In this document: piece after piece, positions 29,595-38,457 of the stretch
Numbering within the stretch: position 1 is the first letter of the stretch
Layout of the letters: each line of letters starts with the position of its first letter
From: an uncultured Candidatus Saccharibacteria bacterium
GTDB lineage: Bacteria; Patescibacteriota; WWE3; UBA101185; UBA10185
DNA: 64,000 nucleotides
Direction of reading: 5' to 3'
NCBI GenBank assembly: GCA_964490125.1
Contig: CAZBAJ010000004.1
Coordinates: 7,662-71,661 of the forward strand
Translations under genes and position numbers: made by a program
The notes under the pieces: model-generated
Told to the model about the DNA's origin: nothing
Database searches by the model: none
The model's input: the letters and a program-made list of their open reading frames with translations, nothing else

Positions 29595-30830
29595 TTAGAC
29601 AACCTTGTAAACGGGCAAAAGCTTTTTTGGAAAGCCGTGAATTTCCCAAAACGCCCTTAAATCCTCTTCCGTAAGGTTGGCAAGTCCTTTAGCCTTAACA
29701 ACTTTGGCAATTTTGCGCGCACCCTTCTCCAAAGTCACTTTATATTCCTTCTCGTGGTCAAAAATTACCTCCAAACAAGTCGTCACCCCGTCACTTAAAT
29801 GTGGATACGGTTTTGCATACATTTGGACGACTTGGTGACGCAGTTTTGGCAAAAGTTCCTGCGGATTAAGTCCCTGCGCGTACATGGAAGAAAGTAGCCT
29901 GCGGATAAGCGTTCTAATAATCCTGCCACGGTCGGCTTTGCTGGGGACTATTTTTTCTTCCGCCAAAATAAATAAGAGCGACTTAATGTGGTCGGCAATA
30001 ATTTTTATATTCTCGTTAAGCTCACCTGTTGGCGCAATCAAATCGACTAAAGGTTTTAGGTATGATGTCAAATAAATGCTTTCCACCCCTTCCACAATCT
30101 TGGCGCACCGTTCCGCGCCAATAACTACCTCGGTGGATTTGTTTACTAAGTCGCCCAAAACCGGCTCTTTAGAATAGTCAATAAAATGCTCGATAAACAA
30201 AATGTTACTAATTTCCAAAAACCGTCCGCATTTGCAAAACGGGTTGCAATTTGGGTTTTGACAGTTTTGATTGACGCCCTGATCGTAAAAGAATTCCACC
30301 TGCGGACCGCACAGCTTGATGTTGTCCCTAAGATCCGCACCCCCGCCCTGTTCCCACAAATTGGTTTCTTTGTTGCCAAAAACCACCTGACCGTTTGCTG
30401 TTTTGGTGACAAAGTCTTTAAGTTCGGTTTCTAGATCAATTTCCCTACCCGCAACAACATCTTTGTTAAACACCGTTGCCCAAATATGTTTTGGATTGAT
30501 TTTTAGGACTTTGGTTAGAAATTCCCAAGTTAGGTTTACGGTATTGACCTTGTTATATTCAACCACTTCAAACGCTCCCGCCATTTCAAAAAAGCTTAAG
30601 TGACTCTCGTCGCCCACTTTTTCAATGTCAAAATGCCTAACGCACGGTTGAATTAAAACCTCTTTGGACGGATTTGCTGGATTTTTTGACCGTATTCTGG
30701 GGTCGAGTTGGACGAGACCTGCGGACATATTGAAGGATGTTGGAAAGACGGGGTGTACAAGCGACTCGTGGTCGATTCTTTTAAAACCCGCCTTTATGAA
30801 AGTGTCAATCCATGCAATATTAATATCCAT
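29595..30830 (-). CDS. Alanyl-tRNA synthetase catalytic/tRNA-recognition domain-only homolog (411 aa)
   Basis: Aligns to the AlaRS N-terminal ~440 aa: FNMSAGL, QPCVRHFDIEKVGDESHLSFFEMAGAF, LCGPQVEFFYDQG, IKIIADHIKSLLFILAEEKIVPSKADRGRIIRTLIRR. There is no editing or C-Ala domain. Confidence 0.65.
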   Translation of the reverse strand: MDINIAWIDTFIKAGFKRIDHESLVHPVFPTSFNMSAGLVQLDPRIRSKNPANPSKEVLIQPCVRHFDIEKVGDESHLSFFEMAGAFEVVEYNKVNTVNLTWEFLTKVLKINPKHIWATVFNKDVVAGREIDLETELKDFVTKTANGQVVFGNKETNLWEQGGGADLRDNIKLCGPQVEFFYDQGVNQNCQNPNCNPFCKCGRFLEISNILFIEHFIDYSKEPVLGDLVNKSTEVVIGAERCAKIVEGVESIYLTSYLKPLVDLIAPTGELNENIKIIADHIKSLLFILAEEKIVPSKADRGRIIRTLIRRLLSSMYAQGLNPQELLPKLRHQVVQMYAKPYPHLSDGVTTCLEVIFDHEKEYKVTLEKGARKIAKVVKAKGLANLTEEDLRAFWEIHGFPKKLLPVYKVV

Positions 30831-30849
30831 TGTGGTATTATATCAGAAT

Positions 30850-31725
30850 ATGAGTCCACTAAGCTATCTAGGAGTCGTCGCATCCTTCGCAACTGTAGTT
30901 AGCTATATTGTCCGATATTCCTTGATAAGAGGCTTGAGCGACAGCGGGATCGATAGATATAGGCTGAACGCATATTACCGATTTTTCAGTTTACCTTTCC
31001 TAATTCTAATTATTTTATTGACTGGTGGGTTCTTTATACCGGAATACAAGCTGTTCTTGCTCCCGCTGTCTGTCAGCTTGCTTCTAAACATTGCCTACGG
31101 GGCGATTCAAGTAAAAATATACCAGAAATTCGACTTTTCTTTGATCACTATGTCGAGAACCTTAGATGTGCTGTTCTCCTTTGTTTTGGGTTTTATTTTC
31201 TTAGCGGAGAAAATATATATCCACCATGTTCTTGGTTTCTTGTTATTACTCGTTTCCTACATTGTGTTAGCTTGGGATAAGCGAGTCCGCGTTGATGTAA
31301 TTAAAGTGGCTGGATTGTTGGTGGTTTACAATTTAATCGGGAGTTTTACTTCCGTTGCAAACAAGTTTTCAATAAATAATTCAAGTCCGCAAATGTTTGC
31401 ATTGTTCCTTACTGTTCTATTAGTAGTTAGTAATTATGCAATTTCTTGGGTTAAGTCCGAAGGCATCGTTGCCGGGGTTCGCGATAAAAACTTTCCGTTC
31501 AATCGATTCTTCCTGATGGGTGCTGTAGTAGCTGGAGGTTTCCTTTGTATCAATTTTGCCTTTAAGTACCTTAACATAGGGGTTGTAACTGCTATTTTAG
31601 CCACCGAACCCTTTGTCGCGCTCATTGTGTCAAAATATAAATACAAAGAGGAAAATTTATTACCCAAACTTTTTGCTTCAATAATAGCTTTTGCAGGGGT
31701 TTTGATTATGGTTTTACCCAAATAA
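30850..31725 (+). CDS. Putative DMT-superfamily (EamA-like) membrane transporter
   Basis: About 10 predicted TM helices in two repeated halves. The start was chosen at the internal Met to avoid overlap with the convergent upstream gene. Confidence 0.4.
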   Translation: MSPLSYLGVVASFATVVSYIVRYSLIRGLSDSGIDRYRLNAYYRFFSLPFLILIILLTGGFFIPEYKLFLLPLSVSLLLNIAYGAIQVKIYQKFDFSLITMSRTLDVLFSFVLGFIFLAEKIYIHHVLGFLLLLVSYIVLAWDKRVRVDVIKVAGLLVVYNLIGSFTSVANKFSINNSSPQMFALFLTVLLVVSNYAISWVKSEGIVAGVRDKNFPFNRFFLMGAVVAGGFLCINFAFKYLNIGVVTAILATEPFVALIVSKYKYKEENLLPKLFASIIAFAGVLIMVLPK

Positions 31726-32287
31726 TCGTTAGTAAAGTTTTTCCATACCTGCGGGTTTCTAGAGTCACGGGGATTGATAAATCCTTGGGAAGTTCCACTT
31801 CCGCGCTTGCCAACCTGTCGCCCTGCTGATTTTGTCTGTCAGAAGAAGTCAATAAAAAGAAAACGCCGTTAGGGTTTAAACGCTCCATGGCAAGTTTAAT
31901 TAAGTGTTTTTGATTTGCGTCGGCATAGTAAGGGTCGGCAAAAATAATGTCGTACAAAGTTTCCGCGTTTGCCAGGTATTTTAACGCGTCGTCCCAAATG
32001 GGATTTGCTTTTTCTGTCAGCTGGCAGTTGTTAAGGTTTTTTTCTATGGTTTGGATGGACGACTTGGATTCGTCTACAAAATCGCAAAAAACGGCTCCCC
32101 TGCTTAAGGCTTCTATACCAAGGTTTCCGCTACCCGCATAAAGATCTAAACAGGTGGCGGACTCTGTTTTGTCGCCCAGAATAGAAAATATCGCCAGTTT
32201 GACGATTTCTTTTACCGCCGTAACCTTTTGGTTTTTTGGTAAAAGCAGTTTTTTTTCTTTAGCTGTTCCGGATGTAACGCGAAGCAT
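31706..32287 (-). CDS. rsmD: 16S rRNA (guanine966-N2)-methyltransferase RsmD
   Basis: Has LDLYAGSGNLGIEALSRGA and the DPPY-like motif ADPYY. Confidence 0.65.
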   Translation of the reverse strand: MLRVTSGTAKEKKLLLPKNQKVTAVKEIVKLAIFSILGDKTESATCLDLYAGSGNLGIEALSRGAVFCDFVDESKSSIQTIEKNLNNCQLTEKANPIWDDALKYLANAETLYDIIFADPYYADANQKHLIKLAMERLNPNGVFFLLTSSDRQNQQGDRLASAEVELPKDLSIPVTLETRRYGKTLLTIIWVKP

Positions 32288-32290
32288 GGC

Positions 32291-33244
32291 TTAAATCAGG
32301 CTCCCAACCAGTCTAACCATTTTTTCTTTGTCTTTTGGATTACTTTCCGAAATTAATATGGTTAAGGCAGTAAGTGCTGACGGTGTTAATTTGGCGGTGT
32401 TAAGAATTTTTGCTTGTTTTAAAAACCACACAAAAGCAAATGCGGCGCTTCTTTTATTGCCGTCCATAAACGGATGATCTTTAACCATAAAATACAAAAG
32501 GTTGGCGGATTTTTCTTCTACTGTAGGGTATAAGTCTTGACCCCCAAAGGACTGCATGACATTACCCACTATGCCAGAAAGTCTGCCTTGACTCTGTTCC
32601 GTCCCAAAAAGTTTGGTAGCCGTGCCTTTAGATAGTAAATCTGATTTTAAAGTTGCTAATTCTTGCTCGAGTTTTTGCGCGGTAATTTCCACAGACTTTT
32701 TAGTAGTTTTTTTAGTCTTTAACTGATCTTTGTCGTACGCCTCAAGAGAGACCCATGTGTCGGCGTAGGCGCTAATTAGTTCCATAACATCCTTGGTGTT
32801 TATAAGTTCGTTTCCAGGCAGGAGCAGTTTTATGTCTTCAACTGTTTTTAGGAATTGTTGATAGTTTTTTGCAATTAGCTTTTTGTTTATTGCATAACCC
32901 TGGGTAATATATTCTTTTAGGGTTTGGGTAGCCCACCGTCTAAAATCAATGGCTACCCTGGAATTTGTACGATATCCAACAGCCAGAATAAGGTCTAGTG
33001 AGTAGGCAAAAACGGGTTTAAAGGGGCTAGTAAAGTGCATTTTTTGCACATTACTCCTCCTTTTTACCTCCCGATCCTTAAAGATTTTGTTGATGTGTCT
33101 AGTCACAACCGTCCTCTCGATTCCAAAAAGTTCGGCTATTTGAGTTTGACTAGCCCAGATAGTTCCGCGTCTAGCGTCTCTTCTTAACTCTATTGCTCCG
33201 GATCTCGATTGATAAATAACTAGCTGATTATTTTTATTTGTCAT
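32291..33244 (-). CDS. RhuM-family N-terminal domain fused to a Fic/Doc domain protein
   Basis: The N-terminus is RhuM-like (virulence protein RhuM family). The C-terminal HPFMDGNKRSAAF motif matches the Doc-type Fic motif HxFx(D/N)GNKR. Confidence 0.6.
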   Translation of the reverse strand: MTNKNNQLVIYQSRSGAIELRRDARRGTIWASQTQIAELFGIERTVVTRHINKIFKDREVKRRSNVQKMHFTSPFKPVFAYSLDLILAVGYRTNSRVAIDFRRWATQTLKEYITQGYAINKKLIAKNYQQFLKTVEDIKLLLPGNELINTKDVMELISAYADTWVSLEAYDKDQLKTKKTTKKSVEITAQKLEQELATLKSDLLSKGTATKLFGTEQSQGRLSGIVGNVMQSFGGQDLYPTVEEKSANLLYFMVKDHPFMDGNKRSAAFAFVWFLKQAKILNTAKLTPSALTALTILISESNPKDKEKMVRLVGSLI

Positions 33245-33375
33245 TAAAAGATTATATTACCAAGAATAATTAATAGTCAATAGTATAATTGATAAATTTG
33301 TTAATGTTTATAATCCATTGCCCAGCAAGGCAATGGATTTCAGCAAACCATCAGCTGTTGCTGATGGTTGTTGCT

Positions 33376-35421
33376 TTAATTTTGACCCACATACTTACCC
33401 GATTCTTCTATTTTATCCTTCAACATCGGAAACTCATCAAGTCGCCCAAAATATTTTTGCGCTTGCGCTTTAGCCTTCTCCAAAAGTTCCACATCAAAAA
33501 TGCTGGCGACTTTAAAGTTTTTTACCCCGCTTTGCATTGTACCAAAAATGTCGCCCTGACCTCGCATTTTTAAATCCAGCTCGGCAAGTTCCAATCCGTC
33601 GTCGCAAGTTTCCATATATTTTAGCCGTTCACGCGATTTTTGTGAGCTTCCCGTATTTACCAAAAAACAATAACCTTGCTGACCAAGTCGACCTACTCGC
33701 CCCCTAAGTTGATGTAGCGACGCCAAACCGTACCTTTCTGCGCTTTCTATTACAATAATTGATGCTTCCGGTACATCTATACCCACCTCTATAACTGGCG
33801 TGGATACAAGGTAACGGATTTTTCCGGTTCTAAACTCTTCAATAGCGATTTCTTTTTCCTTAGCTTTAATTTTGCCGTGAATCAGGCGCATTTGGTCTGC
33901 GGGTAGTATTTTTTGCAGGTCTTTAAATTCTTTTTCCGCCGCTTTTACATTTTCAAAATCCTCGTTGGTCGACTGGTTAATAAACGGACACACAATAAAA
34001 GTTTGTTGATTTTGCGCCTTAATCCATTGGTACAATTTTTCTCGGCTATTTTCCTGTGCGACTTTTGTCTGGACTTTTCTGCCCTCTTTGGTGTGTGGTT
34101 TTAGGACAGAAATATCTAAATCCCCGTAAATTGTTAGCGACAGGGTTCTGGGGATTGGCGTTGCCGTCATAGAGAGCATGTTAGGTAAAATAGTTTCTTT
34201 TGACATATTAAGAAGCATGGTGCGCTGTTCTACCCCAAACCGATGTTGTTCGTCCACAATAACAAGTCCTAGCTTTTCTACTTGTGTGGTTGAGTACAAA
34301 AGCGCATGGGTTCCAATGGCAATGTCAAAATTTTGAGTAAGTTCTGTGTTCTTGGTATTTGTCTTTTGGATAAGCTTAATACCCGAAATAAAATTTTGAG
34401 TAAGAAAGTTGGTAAATGTTTCAAAATGCTGATTGGCTAAAATTTCCGTAGGTGCCATTAAAACTGTTTTGTAACGGTTTAAATACGCCAAGTATCCAGC
34501 TATAAGGCTAACTATGGTTTTTCCGCTTCCCACATCGCCTTCTAAAAGCCGATTCATTGGTGCTTCTTCCTGCAAGTCACTTACGATGCTATCCAGTGCT
34601 TGTTGTTGGGAGGTTGTAAGTTTAAACGGCAGACTGGCTATTAAGTCGTCAACCTGGTTCTTATATGGCGCGTATAGGATTTTGCACCCGTTTTTTTCTT
34701 TTTTCCACTCTTGTTTTCTCTTTTCGACTTTTAAAAGCTCCAGAAAGACCTCTTCAAAAGCAAAGCGATTTTTGGCAATTTCCGCGTCATCCAGACTTTG
34801 GGGAAAGTGGATTTTACTAAAAGCTTCGGCAATCTCCGGAAAGTTATTTTCAGTAAGTACTTCTGGGGGTAAAAACTCTAAAATTTTCGCTCCGGAATCG
34901 TCGCCCTGGAAACCCTTTACGATGTCGTTATTTCTAGACCGTAACCATTTAGAGGAAATTCCTGCCGTTTCGGGATAAATTGCCACAAGTCGTCCTGTTG
35001 CTAAGCCCCCCTCCCCTTCTTCAAATTCGGGCGAGAAAATACACTTTTTGTTTTTGTACAAAGTAACGCGCCCGCTAACCGTGTAGGTTTTATTTTCTCG
35101 GAGAACGGTTTTTAAGTAATGTTGGTTGAACCAAATTAAATTTAGGCTACCGGTTTCGTCCACAATTGTTGCAATGGTTAATCGCTTGCCGGTAGGTGTG
35201 GCAATATTTGTAACTTTTCCCAAAAAGCCCGTAATGGAAACAACATCGTTAACCACCGCATCGCCCACTTTAACCTTTTTAGAATAGTCCTCGTATCTAA
35301 AGGGAAAGTGGTAGAGCAGATCTCCAACCGTTTTAATTTCTAGCTTTTCCAACAGTTTTTCGTATTTAGGTCCGACTTTATTGAGAAATTTTACGGGTCT
35401 TTTAAAAAAATCACGGGTCAT
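33376..35421 (-). CDS. recG: ATP-dependent DNA helicase RecG
   Basis: Has the wedge domain, helicase motifs (GDVGSGKT, DEQHRFG, QLRGRVGR) and TRG; 681 aa. Confidence 0.8.
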   Translation of the reverse strand: MTRDFFKRPVKFLNKVGPKYEKLLEKLEIKTVGDLLYHFPFRYEDYSKKVKVGDAVVNDVVSITGFLGKVTNIATPTGKRLTIATIVDETGSLNLIWFNQHYLKTVLRENKTYTVSGRVTLYKNKKCIFSPEFEEGEGGLATGRLVAIYPETAGISSKWLRSRNNDIVKGFQGDDSGAKILEFLPPEVLTENNFPEIAEAFSKIHFPQSLDDAEIAKNRFAFEEVFLELLKVEKRKQEWKKEKNGCKILYAPYKNQVDDLIASLPFKLTTSQQQALDSIVSDLQEEAPMNRLLEGDVGSGKTIVSLIAGYLAYLNRYKTVLMAPTEILANQHFETFTNFLTQNFISGIKLIQKTNTKNTELTQNFDIAIGTHALLYSTTQVEKLGLVIVDEQHRFGVEQRTMLLNMSKETILPNMLSMTATPIPRTLSLTIYGDLDISVLKPHTKEGRKVQTKVAQENSREKLYQWIKAQNQQTFIVCPFINQSTNEDFENVKAAEKEFKDLQKILPADQMRLIHGKIKAKEKEIAIEEFRTGKIRYLVSTPVIEVGIDVPEASIIVIESAERYGLASLHQLRGRVGRLGQQGYCFLVNTGSSQKSRERLKYMETCDDGLELAELDLKMRGQGDIFGTMQSGVKNFKVASIFDVELLEKAKAQAQKYFGRLDEFPMLKDKIEESGKYVGQN

Positions 35422-35441
35422 AATGACATTTTATCACCGCT

Positions 35442-36143
35442 GTGTTAAAGTACCGGCTAATGAAGATAGTTTTTTTAAATATTTGGAATTTTACCAACAG
35501 GGAATTTGCGGAGGCTTTTATTGCAGAACATGTCGATTCAACGGATATTTTTTGTTTTCAGGAAGCTTATGAAAAGGCAAAATGGTTCCTAAGGGATAGT
35601 CTAAATAATTTCAAACTATACAGCGACTACAAATTTATTAGCGACAAAGATGATTTTCCTCAGGCAATCTATATTAGAAATAGTATTGATGTAGTCTCCA
35701 ATAAAGCTTTGTTGATGGACATTCCCTTGGCTGGTTTGGCTTTATATAGCCACTTAAGGTTGAATGGAAAGGACATTCATCTTTGCAATGTTCACGGTGT
35801 GTCTAAGCCGGGAACTAAATTAGATGACGACACTAGGTTGGTACAATCCAAAAGCTTGATAGATGCTTTCAGTATTATGGAAGGAACAAGGATATTGGGC
35901 GGAGATTTTAATCTAGAGATGGATACTAAAAGTGTCAAGATGTTTGAGGAAGCTGGTTATAAGAATTTAGTTAAAGATTACGGAATTAAGACAACAAGGA
36001 ACAAATATGTGTGGGATCGTTTTCCCGAAAGCAAGCAATACTATTCCGATTACATTTTTATAGACGGCAATATAACGGTAAAGGGATTTTCTGTACCCGA
36101 CTCCGAGGCTTCCGATCATTTACCTATGATCTTGGTTATATAA
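35442..36143 (+). CDS. Endonuclease/exonuclease/phosphatase (EEP) family protein
   Basis: Has the EEP motifs KIVFLNIW...FCFQE...GGDFN...SDHLPM. Confidence 0.55.
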   Translation: MLKYRLMKIVFLNIWNFTNREFAEAFIAEHVDSTDIFCFQEAYEKAKWFLRDSLNNFKLYSDYKFISDKDDFPQAIYIRNSIDVVSNKALLMDIPLAGLALYSHLRLNGKDIHLCNVHGVSKPGTKLDDDTRLVQSKSLIDAFSIMEGTRILGGDFNLEMDTKSVKMFEEAGYKNLVKDYGIKTTRNKYVWDRFPESKQYYSDYIFIDGNITVKGFSVPDSEASDHLPMILVI

Positions 36144-36252
36144 TTCTGAAAAAAATTATCCTTTAAGGCTTTAGTAACGGGACTATACTCTACTCGTTGG
36201 TTCTAGTCGCTATGTGATTGCATTTGCTTATTGGTTGTGTTAGGATAGTAAT

Positions 36253-37695
36253 ATGATGAATAACGAGTTACAAAAATATCTGCAAAATCAGATGATTCAA
36301 GCCCCAGAACGACTCTTAGGGATGATTAAAGATGTAGATGGCGAGCTTTTGTCCAAAAGGAGCGTTTTTTATGAGTTGGAAAAGAATATCCAACATTTCC
36401 TAGCTCGGAAGGAAGGAGCTAGGATGATTGTTATGCCAGGTCTTAGGGGTACAGGTAAAACTACTTTGTTAGCTCAACTCTACCTTTCTTTAACGGATCA
36501 AAATATTAGTAAAGTGTATTTATCTGTGGACGAGGTGGTTAAAAGATTCGATGCCAACCTTTGGGATGTAATGGAAAGCTACGAAGAGTTGATTTCTAAA
36601 CACATAGAGGAACTCGATACCCCCCTATTTTTATTTTTGGACGAGATACATTACGACGAGAAGTGGGCGTTTTTTTTAAAGACGCTTTACGATAAAACAA
36701 AAAAGGTGATGGTTTTTTGCACAGGTTCCTCCGCTTTACTGTTAAGACAGCAGATTAATGCTGATGTTGCCAGAAGAGTATATTTTACGGATATTCATCC
36801 AGTTGATTTTAGTGAATATCTATTGCTTAAGTCTAGAGTAGAACCGTTACAGGGTGTAAGTAGTTCCGTCAAGGACGCGATTTTATTTAGTAATGACGCC
36901 AAGGAGGTATACTATAAACTTCAAAAACTGGATCAAGCGATCAAAAGTTACTGGTTGAATATAGGTAGGTTTGAAGTTCAAAGATATCTTAAGTTTGGTA
37001 CATTCCCCTTTACGCTAAAGTCGGAAAACGATGTTTTGTCTACAAGTTTTATCTCCCAAATAATTAATAAAGTTATTTATACCGACATTCCTCAAATTTA
37101 TAAATTCGACCTTGCAACGCTTGACAGGGTTGATAAAACTCTCTATTTGATTTCCGATACTTTGGGTGTGAGTGCTACTAAACTAAGCGAGACATTAGGT
37201 TTGAGCATCGATACTTTACGACTTATCCTAAAAACCTTAGAGGAGTCTGGGCTTGTTACTAGGGTTCCTCCCTTTGGCACACATTTTAAACAAATTAGGA
37301 AGGCTTCTAAGTATCTTTTTGCTACCCCGTCGCTAAGGTACACATACCTATCTAGTAAGGAAAGTACAGCCGTTTTTGACAATTATCGAGGTAATTTATT
37401 TGAGGATCTCGTAGGCATGTACTTAAACCGAATTATTCCAAAATTTGGTGCCTTTTCTTTAACTTACGATGTTTCCGAGGGCGGTGCTGATTTTGTAATT
37501 TCTCAAGGCTTTAAACATATTGTTATGGAAGTTGGTATGGGTAAAAAAAGTTACAGTCAGGTAATTCAGACGACGCAAAAAATGGCGCCTAAAGTTACGC
37601 CTAAGTACAGCATAGTTATTTCTGGCAGTGATTTGGAATATTCGGAGCAGTATAATGCGGTAAAGATTCCCTTACAGTATTTTTTGCTTATCTAG
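36253..37695 (+). CDS. AAA-family ATPase with DUF4143-type C-terminal domain
   Basis: Walker A GLRGTGKTT and Walker B LFLDEIH are present. The architecture is typical of the widespread ATP-binding DUF4143 proteins. Confidence 0.55.
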   Translation: MMNNELQKYLQNQMIQAPERLLGMIKDVDGELLSKRSVFYELEKNIQHFLARKEGARMIVMPGLRGTGKTTLLAQLYLSLTDQNISKVYLSVDEVVKRFDANLWDVMESYEELISKHIEELDTPLFLFLDEIHYDEKWAFFLKTLYDKTKKVMVFCTGSSALLLRQQINADVARRVYFTDIHPVDFSEYLLLKSRVEPLQGVSSSVKDAILFSNDAKEVYYKLQKLDQAIKSYWLNIGRFEVQRYLKFGTFPFTLKSENDVLSTSFISQIINKVIYTDIPQIYKFDLATLDRVDKTLYLISDTLGVSATKLSETLGLSIDTLRLILKTLEESGLVTRVPPFGTHFKQIRKASKYLFATPSLRYTYLSSKESTAVFDNYRGNLFEDLVGMYLNRIIPKFGAFSLTYDVSEGGADFVISQGFKHIVMEVGMGKKSYSQVIQTTQKMAPKVTPKYSIVISGSDLEYSEQYNAVKIPLQYFLLI

Positions 37696-37814
37696 TTGTT
37701 AAAGAATGAATGGTAGGATCGAAGTCAAGAGTAGCGCAAGCGAGGCTAAAACAATAAGCGACTTTTTATAAAAGCCCGTCTTTTTTGCAGTTTTATGTAA
37801 GTCCTTGATTTTTT

Positions 37815-38123
37815 TCATAATGCAATAGTACCAGAAACTTGAATCATGCACGAGATGTCCAAAACTTTTTCTGCCCATTTAAGCCTGGATCTTGCGTCGT
37901 ACAGGATTTTTTCCTTAGGTAGAATTAGTGCGACAAGATACGGCCGGAGTTTTTGGATTTCTCCGTCGTCACAAAGTTTTTGCATATTTTCCAACGCTTT
38001 ATGTAAAAACGTCATCCACACACCGTAAGATTCTGGATTGGTTAGGCGCCCGGCCGATTGCGCCACCCGCATCAAGTCGCTTTTTATTGCCATTTTTAGA
38101 AATTCCGGGTTGTTTCTGTCCAT
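37815..38123 (-). CDS. Hypothetical protein (about 102 aa)
   Basis: ORF track. The start was chosen at the internal Met MDRNNPEF, 1 nt after the stop of the upstream small ORF. Confidence 0.4.
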   Translation of the reverse strand: MDRNNPEFLKMAIKSDLMRVAQSAGRLTNPESYGVWMTFLHKALENMQKLCDDGEIQKLRPYLVALILPKEKILYDARSRLKWAEKVLDISCMIQVSGTIAL

Positions 38124-38124
38124 T

Positions 38125-38457
38125 TTATAGTCCAAAAAAGTATTTAACGCGTTCCTCAAAACGCGTCTTAATTTCAGGATCGGAAATTTCGTAAGTCAGC
38201 CTGCCTTGTGCAGGTTTAAAGTTTGACATGGCTTGGTACTCTATTTTGTTTGAGGTCATATCCACTCCCCCGCCCCAAAGGTCTGCTTGTTTAGAACCGT
38301 TGTTGATTAGCACCTCCTCGCAATCTATATGATATTCTCCGCCCGCGCACAGCCAGCCGTTTTCCAAATCTACCACCACTTTTATGTAGTCGGGATACTT
38401 TTCTCGCAGGGGTTTAAAATCCTCGGTTGGAATTGCTTGTTTGTAAAGTTTAATCAT
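38125..38457 (-). CDS. Hypothetical protein (110 aa)
   Basis: ORF track. Overlaps the tyrS stop by 4 nt, i.e. it is coupled to tyrS. No recognisable motif. Confidence 0.45.
   Translation of the reverse strand: MIKLYKQAIPTEDFKPLREKYPDYIKVVVDLENGWLCAGGEYHIDCEEVLINNGSKQADLWGGGVDMTSNKIEYQAMSNFKPAQGRLTYEISDPEIKTRFEERVKYFFGL

Noticed and set aside
30146-30603. ORFs 30146..30412 (-), 30186..30434 (+) and 30403..30603 (+) within the AlaRS-like gene
   Set aside because: These are alternative-frame or antisense ORFs inside a gene with strong homology support.
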